From NCBI GenBank assembly GCA_030248215.1, contig JASANG010000440.1:248001-312000 (forward strand): a stretch of DNA of 64,000 nt, in the 5' to 3' direction. This document shows positions 1-13,770 of the stretch, one piece after another. Both the position numbers and the translations under genes were made by a program. This DNA is from Enoplolaimus lenunculus (lineage: Eukaryota). Each line of letters begins with the position of its first letter. Position 1 is the first letter of the stretch. The notes under the pieces are model-generated. The model saw nothing but the letters and a program-made list of their open reading frames with translations, did no database searches and was not told where the DNA came from.

Positions 1-314
1 TAAACATATTTTTCAAAACTCAAAGCTCCAGGAATGAAAAGCCAAATCTGCCACAACATTCCCCCAAAACTGCAACCATACCGAGCTCAAATAATATTTC
101 TTACCCGAACTATGGCTTAGGAATCATGTCAAGTGTTCTGTGTTTTACAACTACGAAGTCTGTTTAATAGCGTTTTGCCAAACTCGCTTTTCATAAAATT
201 GTTTTTCCACTTTACAAAGAATCGTTTATAATATCGTTTTGTTTTTTACACATATTTTTGAATGCCAACAAAACCAAAAACCCAAACTGTTATTAATATG
301 TCTCTATTTTCTAG

Positions 315-928
315 ACGTAATCAGTGTAACCAAAGAATGTTCGCTTCAATCATACAACCCAGTGGACCCCAATACCCCTGAAACAAACGGAAGTGACGAT
401 GACTCAGGCCGTGAAGGTTGTACTCGACTAAATTTCCTCGGGTTCGAAGCAACCAAATGCATATGCCGTTCTGAATCATTCTGTAACGGAGATCAAGCAT
501 TAATCGCCGCAGGACTCCAGTACCCACCTACCCAAGATGCCTTACATCATCGTGTGCCACCAGCCCGTTTGCCATCTGATTTTGAGCACCATCCTAAATA
601 TAACCAGCCATACCATACGCTAAATCATGCCGGCTCCAATCCAGACAGCGTCCATTTGCTTCACAGTCAGTACCTAGAACACAACAAGCAACGACGAGAT
701 GATTTAAGTATTAGCCATAATGACAACAACAATTTCCAATATACTTTTCAAAGTTTAGATATTTCAAACGACAATGACATAGCTAATACAGACATCAGTA
801 ATTTTGGGCAAAATGACGCAACTTCGTGGTCTGCAAATAACATTTTAATGGCTATATTTATCACTGTATTTATATCGGCTGCGTTTGTACTGTTCATGAT
901 GCATACAGTATGCATTCATTTGAATTAG
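315..928 (+). CDS. Terminal exon of a Ly6/uPAR (three-finger, quiver/sleepless-like) membrane-anchored protein; upstream exons lie outside the window
   Basis: Acceptor ttttctAG at 313-314. Translation contains ..VTKEC..GC..KCIC.SESFCN (LU-domain C-terminal C-x-C...CN motif), a low-complexity linker and a C-terminal hydrophobic segment ILMAIFITVFISAAFVLFMM. AATAAA at 962. Confidence 0.6.
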
Positions 929-1713
929 CTAAAATAATTATTAGTTTAACATAGCAAGCGTAATAAAACGTTTACGGAAAAATTCACGAAGCAAAATGTA
1001 ACACAAAACAATCTTAATGGTTACCATTGACTCTTTAATAGTCATAGCGCTCAACTACAGTTAAGCAGAATCTGTTGCTAACATACTGTATTACATTATT
1101 CATAGATTTATATGCGGCAAAAAGCAGGACAGAATGTAGAAGAAAATCGCGTTCACATACAACTCGAATTGAAATTGTTTTCAATCCAACTCAATTGAGG
1201 CAAATATTGAATTCTCGCTCTACACTCTGATTGATCACCAAATATCAGGCACGTGATTTTCGAAGACGTTTTGGAAACACAGACTGCAAGTACTGCTCAC
1301 GGCGTTGAATCCATTTTGCTTCGTTTACCTAAAACAATATTCAGTTTATGAAAGTCAACAAAAATTCTTGGTTTTATTGGCAAACTGGTAACGTTGTTAA
1401 GTCCACAATATTCCTAAGTATGAAACATATAAAAAGATGCCTGCGCCACCAACCGCAAAACAAGCGTTACAGACACCATCCAAGTAAGCGTTATCTTCAA
1501 ATCTGGAAGCTAAAAGTGATTGATCCGCTAAACCTGGCAAGTATAACCATACGGCGATCAAAAAAGCTTTATATAGCGCTTAAACATATTCGACTTTATA
1601 TACAATCATGGACAGAATGAAATTAGCAGTATACCGCTGTGGCATCCGCCACATTTGCCTTTGCCATTTTATACTCGCGTTTCAATCATTCTATGCTCGC
1701 GGTATAAACCATT

Positions 1714-4700
1714 TTATTGTAATGTATAACGAAAATTTGTAAATAAGTTAAACTCGGTGAACAAACAAACAAACACTATTTTTCTATCTTCAAAGTTTGA
1801 AAACAATCGTATACCACTAACTTTAGCTGTCACAAAACCCAGCGATTTGAGCATACGTTCTTTGGCAACATATAACGCTGACTTATCATTATAACGACGT
1901 TCTTTCATCGAAGAAAATATTGTAATACATATTCTAAAATATATTGAAAGTAGAAAAATTTAAAGCATAACAATAACAAAAATAATAATAAAAATAAAAA
2001 CTTTTCAAAATACTTTGTATGAAATTTACTTTACTAAAATTCTTCATAAATACTACAGTTTATGCAGGATCCACAATAAGATGTGACGCGTTGGTGGAAA
2101 TTAGAATTCAGTTTAAAAATAAGATTGTGAACAATTGTCAATTCCAAGTGGTGGAAAATTAATTTATAAAAATTTTAAAAATTCATTTTGCAAATTAAAA
2201 TGATTTGTTTTATATTTTCGTCAATTTGTTGAAATGGCCGGAAATTTTCCATCACGGTGTCACATTTTATTGTGGACGTTTGTTTCATCAAACCAGTAAC
2301 ATACAACTTAGCATTTGTCGACGCAAAACACAACCTATAAGCGAGAAAGTTCATCTCTGTTATTTGCATTCAGCACTAAGGAATCATGGAATTTTATATT
2401 CGGTTCCAATTATTATGACACAGCTGCACAATCTGCAAAATATTGACATAAAAACGTTAACATAATATCGTGTACTTACAAATCATGTTTTTCCTGCTTC
2501 TTGACATTCAAGTCGTTTCGTAACGACTCCAGATCGTACGAATAATCTTGCGGAACGCCGTGTACCAAATATATCACCATTTCTGAAACGAGTTACAATA
2601 AATATTATTATTCAAACAAATTAATTCTTTTTAACTCTTCCACGTATTGAAAGCGAAAATCATGATCTCTTTAAACAAGAGTGCGCAAATTATTTTTTTT
2701 TCATTTTAAAATCAAGAGTTGTTTTTAGCTCACCCCAGCTCAATTACGGGAGTCAAGAACACACCATAACCAGTCGTAGTGGGACTACATTTATTGAGCG
2801 AAGCTCGAACGCACGTAAGCAATTAAGCTAATATGCAAATTATCTATTAGCTAACTTGTCAATTATCGGTTTTGGAGGTTTGTAAACGGTCTACGCAGAT
2901 TCCTCGCACCCAAAAACCCTTTAGTGCTAAAATTAGATTGCTTATAACTGTAATAATTAGTGAAATATTGTGGAAAGTCCTAATTTAGGCTTAATTAATT
3001 ATGCAAATTAGCCTGTAGCTAATAAACGGCATAAAATTTTAAAACCCCAATGCGAGGTTAACACCCCAGGATAATTGGCTTTCAAACAAAAAAAGTTTAT
3101 CAAAATCGGTTCAGCCGTTCCTGAGATTCTTTTCGGACGGACAGACGGACGGACGGACATCCACCTTTCGACCCCCAAGTACAAAACATAAAACGCTTCG
3201 CGAAACTCCGAGCTTTCGCTCAAAAATGTTTTATTTATTTTAAACTTAAGTGCAGGAATTCCGAGATCGTCTCCGGTCGCGGTTTCATAATCGAGTCTAA
3301 ATCTTTGCTCGCGACCAGTTACGTCACCAGACAATACCGTGGTCGCCTCACAAACAGGGACTCTAACCGCGTTCACGGCAATCGCGGCTGCAGTCACAGT
3401 TATAGTCACAGTAACCGCTAGCAACTCAAATAGCATTTGCAAGCGATTGTAGCCGTGATTTGAAGGGCGATCGCAAATGCGCTTTATTCTGTCCGCAACT
3501 GTACATCAAACATTTTTGAACGATTATCGAATATTGTAAAAGTCAGCATTAAAAATTACCTTGAAATGGAAAAAACTCTGCCGGGCTTTTGGCTGTCATC
3601 TGATAGTCTGTCAATTTGAACAGACGCTGTATGTCTCGTTTAATTTCGCCCACATATTTTACGCGTTGTTTTTGCATTAGCGCCTGAAACAAAATCAATA
3701 AATGCGCAAAACATTTGCCCAACTTTTTGCCACCCCCGTAGAGCCAAGCTTCGGTATCGGTAAAATCAGGGCATCGACATTTTTGGGAGCATACCCAGAC
3801 CGATTCGACTTTTGTGCAAATAGCTCAACTAAAAACTTATCGCAGAAAATGTATTTACCTATTCGTATACTCTGACAACGATGTACTTCCAATGTTTTTT
3901 TAATTTTTGGATGGTTTGGTGTTATTAAATTTTATTGTGTGATTAACTACATGCTTTTGTTTTCGTTGGCTAACTATTTACATTATTGGAAACATCGCAT
4001 TGGCTTAGCAGCAAAACGTACGGTATCATCGAAACGTTTAAGTGTTTGAATTTCAGAGCAATACTGCGGCATCTCAATGATTGCGCACCGTTTCACAAAA
4101 TCAACGCTGACAACCGGCAAATATCCAAACGGGCCTGTATCTTCTGGAAAGTAAACCAAAAAGAATAATCTATCTCAGCGCTAGGATCTACAACATATAA
4201 ACTTAATTTTTACAAACAAAACTATTTTTAGGCAAAGAAAATCTTAGTTTCAACTATTTTCAAACACTTAAAATAACAGAAAAACTAGGATATTTTACAC
4301 GCCAGTCTTTCTTGTAATCGCGATACCTGCATATTAAACAATACTCAAACGTAAAGAGCAATCTAAAATTTGATTTTTCAAATAAAATTGACCAAGAACA
4401 AGTTGCCCCAAAACATAAAGTTTCATAGACAAACGAAATGCGGCCAATCCATTATAGTTCCACCCAGATTTTCATGAACGTATTTAAATTTAGAAAAAAC
4501 TCAACAGTTTACAATCATAAAATTAACGTTTCGCCTTGATCCCATCGCTAAATTTTACAGTTCGGGATACGAGCTTATACAATAAATCCGACAGTCTTGG
4601 TCTCTAAAATATACCTTAACTAACACGTTCTCACCACTAAACTGATACATTCTCACCTTTCATACTCTTCAAATAATGTTTATCACAAATTATTTGTATC

Positions 4701-7700
4701 AAATCTTTCGGATATTCTCCAACAAGCGCCAGTCGCAACAGAACCTGTGGCAGGAATTCAGGATATACCGGATACATTTGTCTAAAGGTGTCGGTCAGTA
4801 GCAATTGAATAAGCTTTGAATTCAGATCACTTTTCGATGATAAATACAGCTTAGCGCCTTCTGCGGTCGATATAATATAGTCAAGCAAACGTGCGACGTC
4901 TTTGACTCGTAAGGCATTGCCAAAATTTGCCGTGTTAGTAAGAGTTGCATTCTGAAACGATAAAATGTATACATAAACATTTACAACCCAATCAAAACAA
5001 GCTTTGGCTGACGAGCTCTATGAACCTTAGCGGTATATTTTGCAATGCAAGAACCATATTATAAAATAACTGATTTCCAAGCACATAAACAAAACATAAT
5101 CTAAATATTTCAGTATCTTAGTTACACTTTTGAGTCCACCTTCTCAAATATCTGTCGAATTTTTATCATTTGGAAATTTCTCCTAAATTTTTGCTAAGTA
5201 GGAATTAAAGCCCACTGAACAAAGAAATTTTGTTTATTTTTCACTATGTTTTGTGTAAATTAAGAAAACATTTTGAGCAAAAACACACTGAATGCCAGAG
5301 TGGCAATAAAAATTTAGATTCCACAAACAATCAGATTCAGTTGTGCAAAATTCCGAAATATAACAATGCTCGGCCATAATATATGCTTACATTTTTAGAC
5401 AATAAAAATTTTAAATAATTTGTTACATAAATCAATTTCTATCGTTAAGCTCACGAAATCTCAGAACTGAGACCAGGCATGAAATATGCTGTTTGCGAAA
5501 AAGTATATTGCTGGAATAATATATGTTATCGGTTTTGCAGCTAACTAACGCGTGAAGAATTGCCAGTATCATCGTTTTAAAAAGTTATGCCGCTGGCATT
5601 GCTTGGGTACTGTGAAACTAATTAATTATAGATATATTAGAAATTTGAAAAATACAAGGTTCGGATTAAAATTCGGCAAATTAGCAATGCATCTGTGCCA
5701 TCCTGCTGAATGTTAACACCAGCCCATGCTTAGTTTAGGTTGCTGGCAACCTAAACGAAGGTGATGCGCCCCACTACTTCGAGCGAGAAGCTGATAGACG
5801 CGCAATATGAGGGAAAGACGCGAAATGCGAGTGTAAAGAAGAAAATTTTTTGTACAACTTGACATACACCTGCAAATTTACATATTAAATTGTTTTTGTG
5901 CTTAAAAAGGGAAAAGTACAAAAAAGTGAAGAATTCTATGGAGGAATATGTTGTAAGACAGTCTCCTAGCGCTACTGGGGAAACCCCGGCGATCATTGGA
6001 TACAGTTCACTGTTCATTGTTTTTCTTCAACAAAAACAGTCTCTTACCACAGAGTCATTAAAAAATTTGAACGCTGATTCAAGCAGTGGCACATCTTCCG
6101 AACGCAAATTAACATTACGAGCAAGTCTTGTGATCAACAGAAATAACTTCGGATTCGATCTGACAGCAATTTGTTTCGAATCCAACGATAAAAATTTTGT
6201 TGCGATGGCTTGAACTGCCGTATAACCCACTGCTGCATAGGAAATCTGCAACGGTACAGCAGGATTGATGTTATACTTATTGACTATTTCAATGCTTTCT
6301 GGCAGCATGCGTGGCGGTATCATAGACAAATTGCGCACCACACATCAAAAATATTTGCAAATGAAAAGTTTTCGAGTTTCAGCGTTGCCGAGCGTCATCG
6401 TAAATGAGAACCGAACTGCCAAATAGCAATAGCAACTGTCGCCAGTTAGCAACAGGTTTTCAAACAGGCAACCTAGCGAATTTACGCCAAAGCTCACACC
6501 GCAGTGTACTAGTGGTTTCATCCGACTAGCAAAAAAACTGTGAAATTTAATTATCTTTGTGTCACAAACGTTCCTGGACGTTTACTTAAGCTTACTGTGA
6601 GAAATTTCAACACGGGACTAAGCTCGGTACTTGAATCGTAGTCAAATTGGCGAATCAAAGTGTCGGCAATTTTCGAACACAGCTCAGCATTTTCTGATGA
6701 TTTCATATTCGAGAAAAATGACCAACAGAACAGCTGGATGTCAGCAAAAGTCAATGATGAAAAATTCTAAAATTATGTAAAAAATATATTAAAAAACATG
6801 TACAGTCTATTAATAAAAACATTAACTATCAACATTTAGCCACAGCTATGCTTGGACGCCGTTAACTCAATGTATGTATGTATGGGAAAGTATATAACGA
6901 AGAAAGTAATGACCTAAACGTACATACACACCTTCTCGGCATACTTTTGCAACACAGATGCGTTTGACTGCGGCAAACATACGCGATTCAACTGATACAC
7001 GTAAAGCAAGAAAATAAATTGACCGTGAGTCAATAAATCGCAAATTCTTTGAGGAAACGGCACTGATAACAACTCCTGAATAAACTTCTTGGGCAAACCT
7101 GCAACGCTGAACAGAAACAATAATCGCATTGCTGATGTGTTGTCTCCCGAAAATAGAGCATCCTAAAATAGTACAACAAAAACACACGCAGTACATAGAA
7201 AATCTGTAAACAGAGACAACAGTTTACTGGTCAATTTAACACTTCTCCGCGACTCATATGGAAATTATGACATACAATACAATATATACAAAGCTAGAAA
7301 AACTCAAGCTACCAAATTCTGTCCGTGGCTGTATTGCAAGAAAAAATGCTAATGCAAAAATTAAATTTAACAACAATAAAAATAATAAAATAAACGAGTT
7401 AATATCAATGCTGAATCTAACCTGGTACAATTTCTTCACGTATTCCGGATCAAAAACTACCGACAAATTGAGCGATGGGTTTAAAATGTCAACAGCTTCA
7501 GTAATAGTCGAATCAGAGAACGCATTACGTGACAGATGTGTCTGTTTCACATCGACATTTCGAGTCCAGAATTCGGCTGTCCGAAAAAATAAAAAAAACT
7601 ACATTACATTAATAAAAATCAATACTATTTTTAATAACATTGATAGAAAAAACACTGAGAAAAATGGCGAAAATAATGTTTCAAAATATTTTGTTTCGAT

Positions 7701-8433
7701 TCTACTAAACAACGAATGATCTTTGAATATTTAATTTGCAACCCTATTGTAAAAATCGTCGTTACAAAACGTTTTCTTCCGGAAAACAGCACAACAATAT
7801 TACTAAATCAAACACTTTGGGATTGGTTTTCAGACAAATAAACTATCTTACTTTTGGCCAACGTAACTTCAAAGAGCGTAACAGCGGGCTGAGAATGTTA
7901 CTAACTCTTAAGTCCAAAGCTAAGCCTAAGTGTGTACAAAACTTCAACTAAAGCCTAAGCCAACTTCATTGCAAACCCGTGAGAAAACGGAATGACGACA
8001 GTAAAAGACAACCCAACTAAACGTCGGATTGCTTCAGTCCAGACCATAGGCTTAGCCAGGATTTCACGTCGAAAAGGAATAATAATACATTTTGTTTTTG
8101 CGATCCAATAAATTATTCTAAATCTCGTAGTAAAACAGCCATTTAACTCACCAGTCGTTTAGACACAGAAACAACCAGCGGGGCGGCAAAAGGTTCGTTT
8201 TGCCATTGCTTCCAAATGGTTTTTCGAACCAAATTCGACGCCGACGGTACAGTTTTACGGCTCACGCGGCGTGAAATCGACTCAGGAAAATGAAGTACTG
8301 GCTTTATCATGTGGTGGTGCATAAATAAACTCCGTAGTCCATAAACGATGGAAGAGCTTCGTTGAACACCACGCAGTTTCCCAGACAACTTTGTTTGAAG
8401 CAACTGAATCCGACAAACTTTACACAAATGCAT
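1714..8433 (-). CDS. Multi-exon FASTK-family/RAP-domain-like protein (probably mitochondrial RNA-binding); 3' end approximate
   Basis: Phase-consistent exons 8433-8152, 7888-7852, 7576-7422, 7162-6932 and from 6766, followed by helical Leu-rich ORF pieces at about 6.3, 4.8 and 2.3 kb. Basic N-terminus resembles a transit peptide. C-terminal piece LYVAKERMLKSLGFVTAKV fits the RAP motif K.R.L...G..V..I. Confidence 0.55.
2769..3226 (-). mobile_element. DINE-1/HINE-like non-autonomous Helentron-type element, short copy
   Basis: Reverse-complement homolog of 28923-29904: sub-terminal inverted repeat tttattgagcgaagct, terminal stem-loop gtagtgggactac, (GGAC/AGAC)n tract at about 3134-3158. Confidence 0.7.
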
Positions 8434-9728
8434 CGCAGAAAGTGCAATATGTAAAAATGCAAAATACTAAATTGAGACAATAAAGTATAAACTGAAGTAC
8501 TGAACTGGGGTTTGAGTTTCACGAATCTCTACGCAGCTATAAAAACGATATTAAATGGTCAACTGTTAGGATAAATAGCAACACATCGTGCTCATAGTAT
8601 GTCAACACCGCCAGAAAATATTACAAAAGCGAGACTACAGATTTCTAATTCTTAGAACAGGCGGATTCAACTAAAATAATACAAAACTCGTCTGGCATAA
8701 ATGCAATAAAACACCCATACGACTTTTATGCTAATATTAGCCCAAGCGTTTGCTTAACAACCTTCAGCATAGTAAAGATATGAGCTGAGCTATAAAGCCA
8801 AGCCCAAACGTAAGACTTGCATAAAGCCCAAGTATCGTCTATTGTAGTCATGCGAATAACAGGACGGCAGTGACACAGCCTGATGAAACATGACATTAAT
8901 TTAATTAGTGTCCTATGCGCACTTTAATATAAAACATACCGCAGTCATGAATAAATTTTACTAACAATGAAAACAAAAGTGAAACATTAACAACCGACCA
9001 GTGTATAGTTCGAGAGATAGATTTTCCAATCCGATTGACTTAAGCTCAGATTTATAAGTTTAAGCTAAGAGCTATAACAAATTGAAACCTCCATCCCAGG
9101 CAACAGCTATACAGTAGCCAAAACTAGTGAAACAGAAAAAATAAATGAAAGAATTTGAAAACAATAATATATACTGCCAATAAAAAGAAGTATAACAGTA
9201 AAATGAGCAGCGTGTTTAAGTTTTGTTATTGCGACAGAAATTTTACCCTGAACTCAATACCTTCTTAATATGGCAATAAAAAATATTGCAAGCAAACAAT
9301 AGGTTTTCAATTAAAAACGTCGAAACGAGTACGTATCAAACTTTATGAATGATCGTTTAAAATGGCGATAGAATATAATACTCAAAAAAACTTCATTCTC
9401 CAAATACTGAAGCCATCGAGTATGCGCTTGACACTCATACTTTTGAAAGTCTTCATAAAGGCCAGAAATATTCACACGGAAACTATTCGTATACCATAAC
9501 GCATGGCGACGGACGAAGACGTACGATGCGGGACGATATTAAAATTTTTAAAAACTATTATTGTACACTTTCGACAATTCAAGTACAAACGGCGACATGT
9601 ATATTTTCCATGTTTCCACTAATTTAAATTTATATATTAGATATTTAATTTTGGTTAGAAAAAAAATAGAAAACGAAAAACTGGCCCGCACAGCAACACG
9701 CCACACACCCTCCTCTATAACAACACAG

Positions 9729-12700
9729 CTATGGTCCATCAACACTATTTTCCGATACTTTATCCTCCAAGCTGCCTAATGAACTAATCAATATTCGCTG
9801 TGCTTTTTCTTTGAAATTCAGCAAAACGCCATGTTTTTCCATCAAATGTATTCTCAGAGCTTGCCTGCCAGTATATGCCTTACAGCACCCAGCCTGATCA
9901 CACTTGAAAGGCCTCAAACCACTATGCATATTGCGATGGCTAGCCAACTTATACTGCTTCGTAAACGTTCTATTACAATCAGGCCAGTTACAAGCATACT
10001 TGCCACCTGAATTGGCACTGGACAAGTTAGGTTTAGACTCCACGCCCTCTTGATTACTATCACCACGAAACGAACCACTAGACGGCTGCCCTGATTTTTG
10101 ATAGTCACTCACGAGCTGCTTGTAGCATCGTCCAGACGTAAGCGCGCATAACGAATCTGGATCGATTTCAAATTCGTCTGGAATATCTTCCGGGTCTCGC
10201 TTGTGTACACAAACTAAATGACGTAGGAGATGAAACATTCTTGAATATGATTTACCGCACACCGAACATTCAAACAACGTGTGCCTTGAATTTGGCGATA
10301 TAGAATTTAGGTCTTGATCGGCACACTCGCTGGATGAATGTTCCTCATATACCCCTGAATTACTATTCCCAGTCGTCATTTCACCGTCCGCACTTTGATT
10401 TTGCATTCCAGAACCTAAAGCCGAATTTCTTTTCTCAACAGGCGAACTGCGACCACTGACACTACTTGTGTTTGAATGAACCGCTGCAATATGAGATCGT
10501 AACTTCCCATGTGTCGCAAAATTTTCGTTACAATCTAGAATTGGGCAAAACAGCCAGTTTTCAGGCACAATAGATCTTCTTGCTGGTTTTTTGGATGCAT
10601 GAATACGGGCCGTGTGTTTCGCAAGTTGATAGTTGTAAACAAATTTGTAGCTGCAATGCTCACATTGTTTTTGACGGCGGTGAACCTGTAGATAACAAAA
10701 CACAAGGATAAGTGTATAAAATTATTTTAGTTTCTTAAGCACGTATCTAACAATGGACATGAACATTGAAATACTAGATACATTATTAGTTTTTGTTTCC
10801 CAGCGTGTGATGCTGATCATGCATCATAAACGAGGGCGCTGCCTTAGTTGAAGGGCTCGATAGCATCGCGTCCGATCGAAACCATTGACTAACACTGGCT
10901 AAAACTTTCGGTTGCATTTTATCAACACAAACTCTCACACTTTTTCGAAATTCAGCTTGATTTGTAAAATCCAAAGCTACAGTAAACGTGATTTTAAGAA
11001 TTGGACTTAAATGATACAGCTTAAACTGACATTTTAAGAGCTGAACAAACCAGCACTAACAAAACTGAACTCGTTTTAATACATTTTTTATCTATTTGAC
11101 TATAATTCTCAAAAACAATACATGTTATACTCCATAATAACATCACCTACAGAACTAGTATGCTTTCGCAAGTCTGACCAACGTGCAAATATTTCTTGGC
11201 AGTCATCAAGGTTACACTTATATCCATCGTGGATTTTCATGTGAGCCTTCAACTTTGACGGTATTACAAATGATTTTTCACAACGATCACATTTGAAGGC
11301 TTTTACACCAGTATGGATGTATTCGTGAACCTGAAACTCAAAAAACAAAATAATAAAACACAAATACATCTTCCAACCACACTATAAAGATCTTTGAGCG
11401 CGTCCTTGACAAACGGATTCGTGACATTGTCAAGATCACCATTACCCAAGTTGAATTCGTCAAAAGATGTGGCACTACCGACGCCATTCATGCCGCCGGA
11501 CTCCTGCTAAAGAGAAGTATATAACGCAAAAAGCACAACCACTTCACGTCGCGCGTTCCTTGACCTAGAGAGGACCTTCGATCGCGTGCCACATGAGCTA
11601 ATTTGGTACACGCTCCGTCAGCACAAAGAGCCTGAGGAGCCAGTCAGATGTGTCCAGCTACTCTATCACGAACCCAGGAGTCGAGTCCAAAGTGCAGCTG
11701 GAACGTCAAAGCCACACAGTGTTTCCGTTGGCCTCAACCAAGGAAACGCTGTTTCACCGCTTCTGTACGTTCTCGTCATAGATACCATCACTCGCAACAT
11801 TCAGCGCCCTACACACTACTCTATGCGGACGACGTCTTCCTGGCCCCCACGAACAAGACCGACCGCGAGCAACTCGTCCAGCTCTAGAATGACCGCGTCG
11901 TGCAACACGGCCTGCGACTAAACCTAAAAAAGATTGAGTACATTACGACGAACCCGAAGGAAAACGGCACGTTCAGCATCGATGGCACCGACTTACCACG
12001 TACCGAAAACTTCAGGGTACTTGGATCAATGCTCTCTGCGGATGACGACCTGCGATAAAAGGTTATTGGGCCAATCAATGCTGCATGGACGAAATGGCGA
12101 TCGACGAGCGGCGTTCTCTGCAGCAGGCAGATGAAGAACCGCCCGACATCGAAGACCTAAACAGTCGTCCTACGGCCCGTGGCCCTATAAGGAGCAGAAT
12201 GCTGGCCGATCACGACTTTGGAACGCCGCCTTGCTTTCATGGACCCGAAAATGCTGCGATGGATCAGCAGAATCACCCACTTCGACCATGTTCGCAACCA
12301 CGACATCCGACGCCGGTGTGGCGTAACACCAATCACAGACAAAACGCAAGAAGCCCGCCATCGGTGCATCGGTGGTACGGCCACGCGCCGCGCGCAAATG
12401 ACGACTCCCTCGCAAAAATCGACCTCAACATTGACACTGACGGAAAGCGTCCAAAAGCCCGACCAAAGCAGCGATGGCTAGACACGCGGCACGCCGATTT
12501 CCATGCCGCACGACTTCACCCTAGAACAGCCGACCCCGCTGCCAAACGGACTAAGGCCAAAGAATAAGAAGAAGAAGAAGAAACAAATACGAGAAACTTA
12601 AGCGTTTTGGTGAAATATATTATATACTTGATTCTGTTCGACTATACGTAAGATTAACATACATAAGCATGCAGCGGCTCAAGTGTGTACGTATATATGC

Positions 12701-13007
12701 CGTTATTTAATATCTGCCTAATATAACCATCCCATTTAAGCGTACTCACCTTAAGCTCACGATTTTTACGGAATGCCTTATCACAATGACCGCACTTATA
12801 AACGTATTTGTCGTGACTTTTAACATGTCTCTTCATATTATCAACGTTTGTAAACACGCTTTTGCAGCCAACAATTGTACATGCAATGGAACCAGTGCCT
12901 TTTCTGACTTTTGTCTTGAAAACCGTGGCCTCAACCTGGCTAAACTCCTGCTCATCCAACGATTCTTGGCTGGTGGTAGATGTATTAATCTTAGCACTAT
13001 TAGGCAT
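9729..13007 (-). CDS. TFIIIA-like protein with nine C2H2 zinc fingers, 464 aa predicted
   Basis: Exons 13007-12750, 11330-11151 and 10685-9729, all phase 0 with GT-AG boundaries. Fingers such as [40 protein letters not shown] and LRSHIAAVH resemble TFIIIA fingers 4-8. Confidence 0.75.
11368..12582 (+). mobile_element. 5'-truncated, decayed RTE-clade non-LTR retrotransposon in intron 1 of the zinc-finger gene
   Basis: Frameshifted RT motifs ([58 protein letters not shown]), a (AAG)n 3' tail, and an 8-bp target-site duplication acaaatac at 11360-11367 and 12583-12590. Confidence 0.9.
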
Positions 13008-13073
13008 TTTGAACTATATACGTTATGTGTAATTTTACATGGTGCGAAATTGCACACTGAAACAAAAATCCCG

Positions 13074-13330
13074 TGTAAGCATGAGATATACTTGTCCTAG
13101 TGTTTATGCAATAAATGCAATGCATCGCTGTGTTGTATCCATGCTGGCAGCAAACGGCCGACATACGTATCCAAAGAAAATGCAACTGGAGAAGCAGGCT
13201 GCGTGGCGCATTGGTATACTATTCGCTTAAGAATCCATATGCTGAGAGTTTGATCCCTGCTCCGGAGGCCCGCATTTCTGGCTGCTTGTTAAAAAGGTCT
13301 GAAGTCCCGGTTCCTAAATAGACTGACAGT
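13074..13330 (+). mobile_element. Dispersed repeat family T1 with an internal tRNA-like (A/B box) segment
   Basis: Homologous to 61448-61712 and 61820-62056; A-box-like tggcgcattgg and B-box-like gtttgatccc. Confidence 0.65.
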
Positions 13331-13439
13331 ATGTACGTATACAGTGTGTTTTTTCAGTTTTACAGAAAATATGCAGTTCCATTGGCAATTCCAGAAATTT
13401 TTTTGTGGAAGGTCTTTCGGTGCGACAAAGTTTAATTAT

Positions 13440-13770
13440 TGTGATAAGTTTGGTAGGCTAGGTACGACAGTTTTTCAGTTTTTAGTTCTCAGCAGCTGAA
13501 AATGAGGGACGCTCCCAATTGGTTTCGAACTCGGTCGACAGATTTTGCAGTCCAGCGCGCTATCCACTGAGCCACCCCGCCTCACAATCAACTGCTGAGT
13601 TTTTCTGTTTTTATGCCTTATAAGAACCTCAACATTATACACATGTATCTTGGTTCTTCAATGTATTACTGCTGCATATGAAGGCACTACACATGCAGCA
13701 GTGTTTTTACCGATGTACAGCATCAGCATGAGGTAATTATTTGCCTCCATACATCCGCATGTCACAATTA
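13440..13770 (-). mobile_element. Dispersed repeat family T2 with an internal tRNA-like segment (pseudo-tRNA, GCA anticodon-like loop)
   Basis: Minus strand reads GTGGCTCAGTGGATAGCGCGCTGGACTGCAAAAT...GTTCGAAACC; homologous in inverted orientation to about 60590-61170. Confidence 0.65.

Noticed and set aside
8433..9729. Operon linking the zinc-finger and FASTK-like genes
   Set aside because: They share a strand but are 1.3 kb apart, with no clear poly(A) signal and trans-splice site pairing; this cannot be supported from sequence alone.
13520..13582. Functional tRNA-Cys gene (and tRNA-like copies at about 60.85, 61.6 and 63.9 kb)
   Set aside because: The acceptor and anticodon stems do not pair properly, and the copies are embedded in diverged dispersed repeats.
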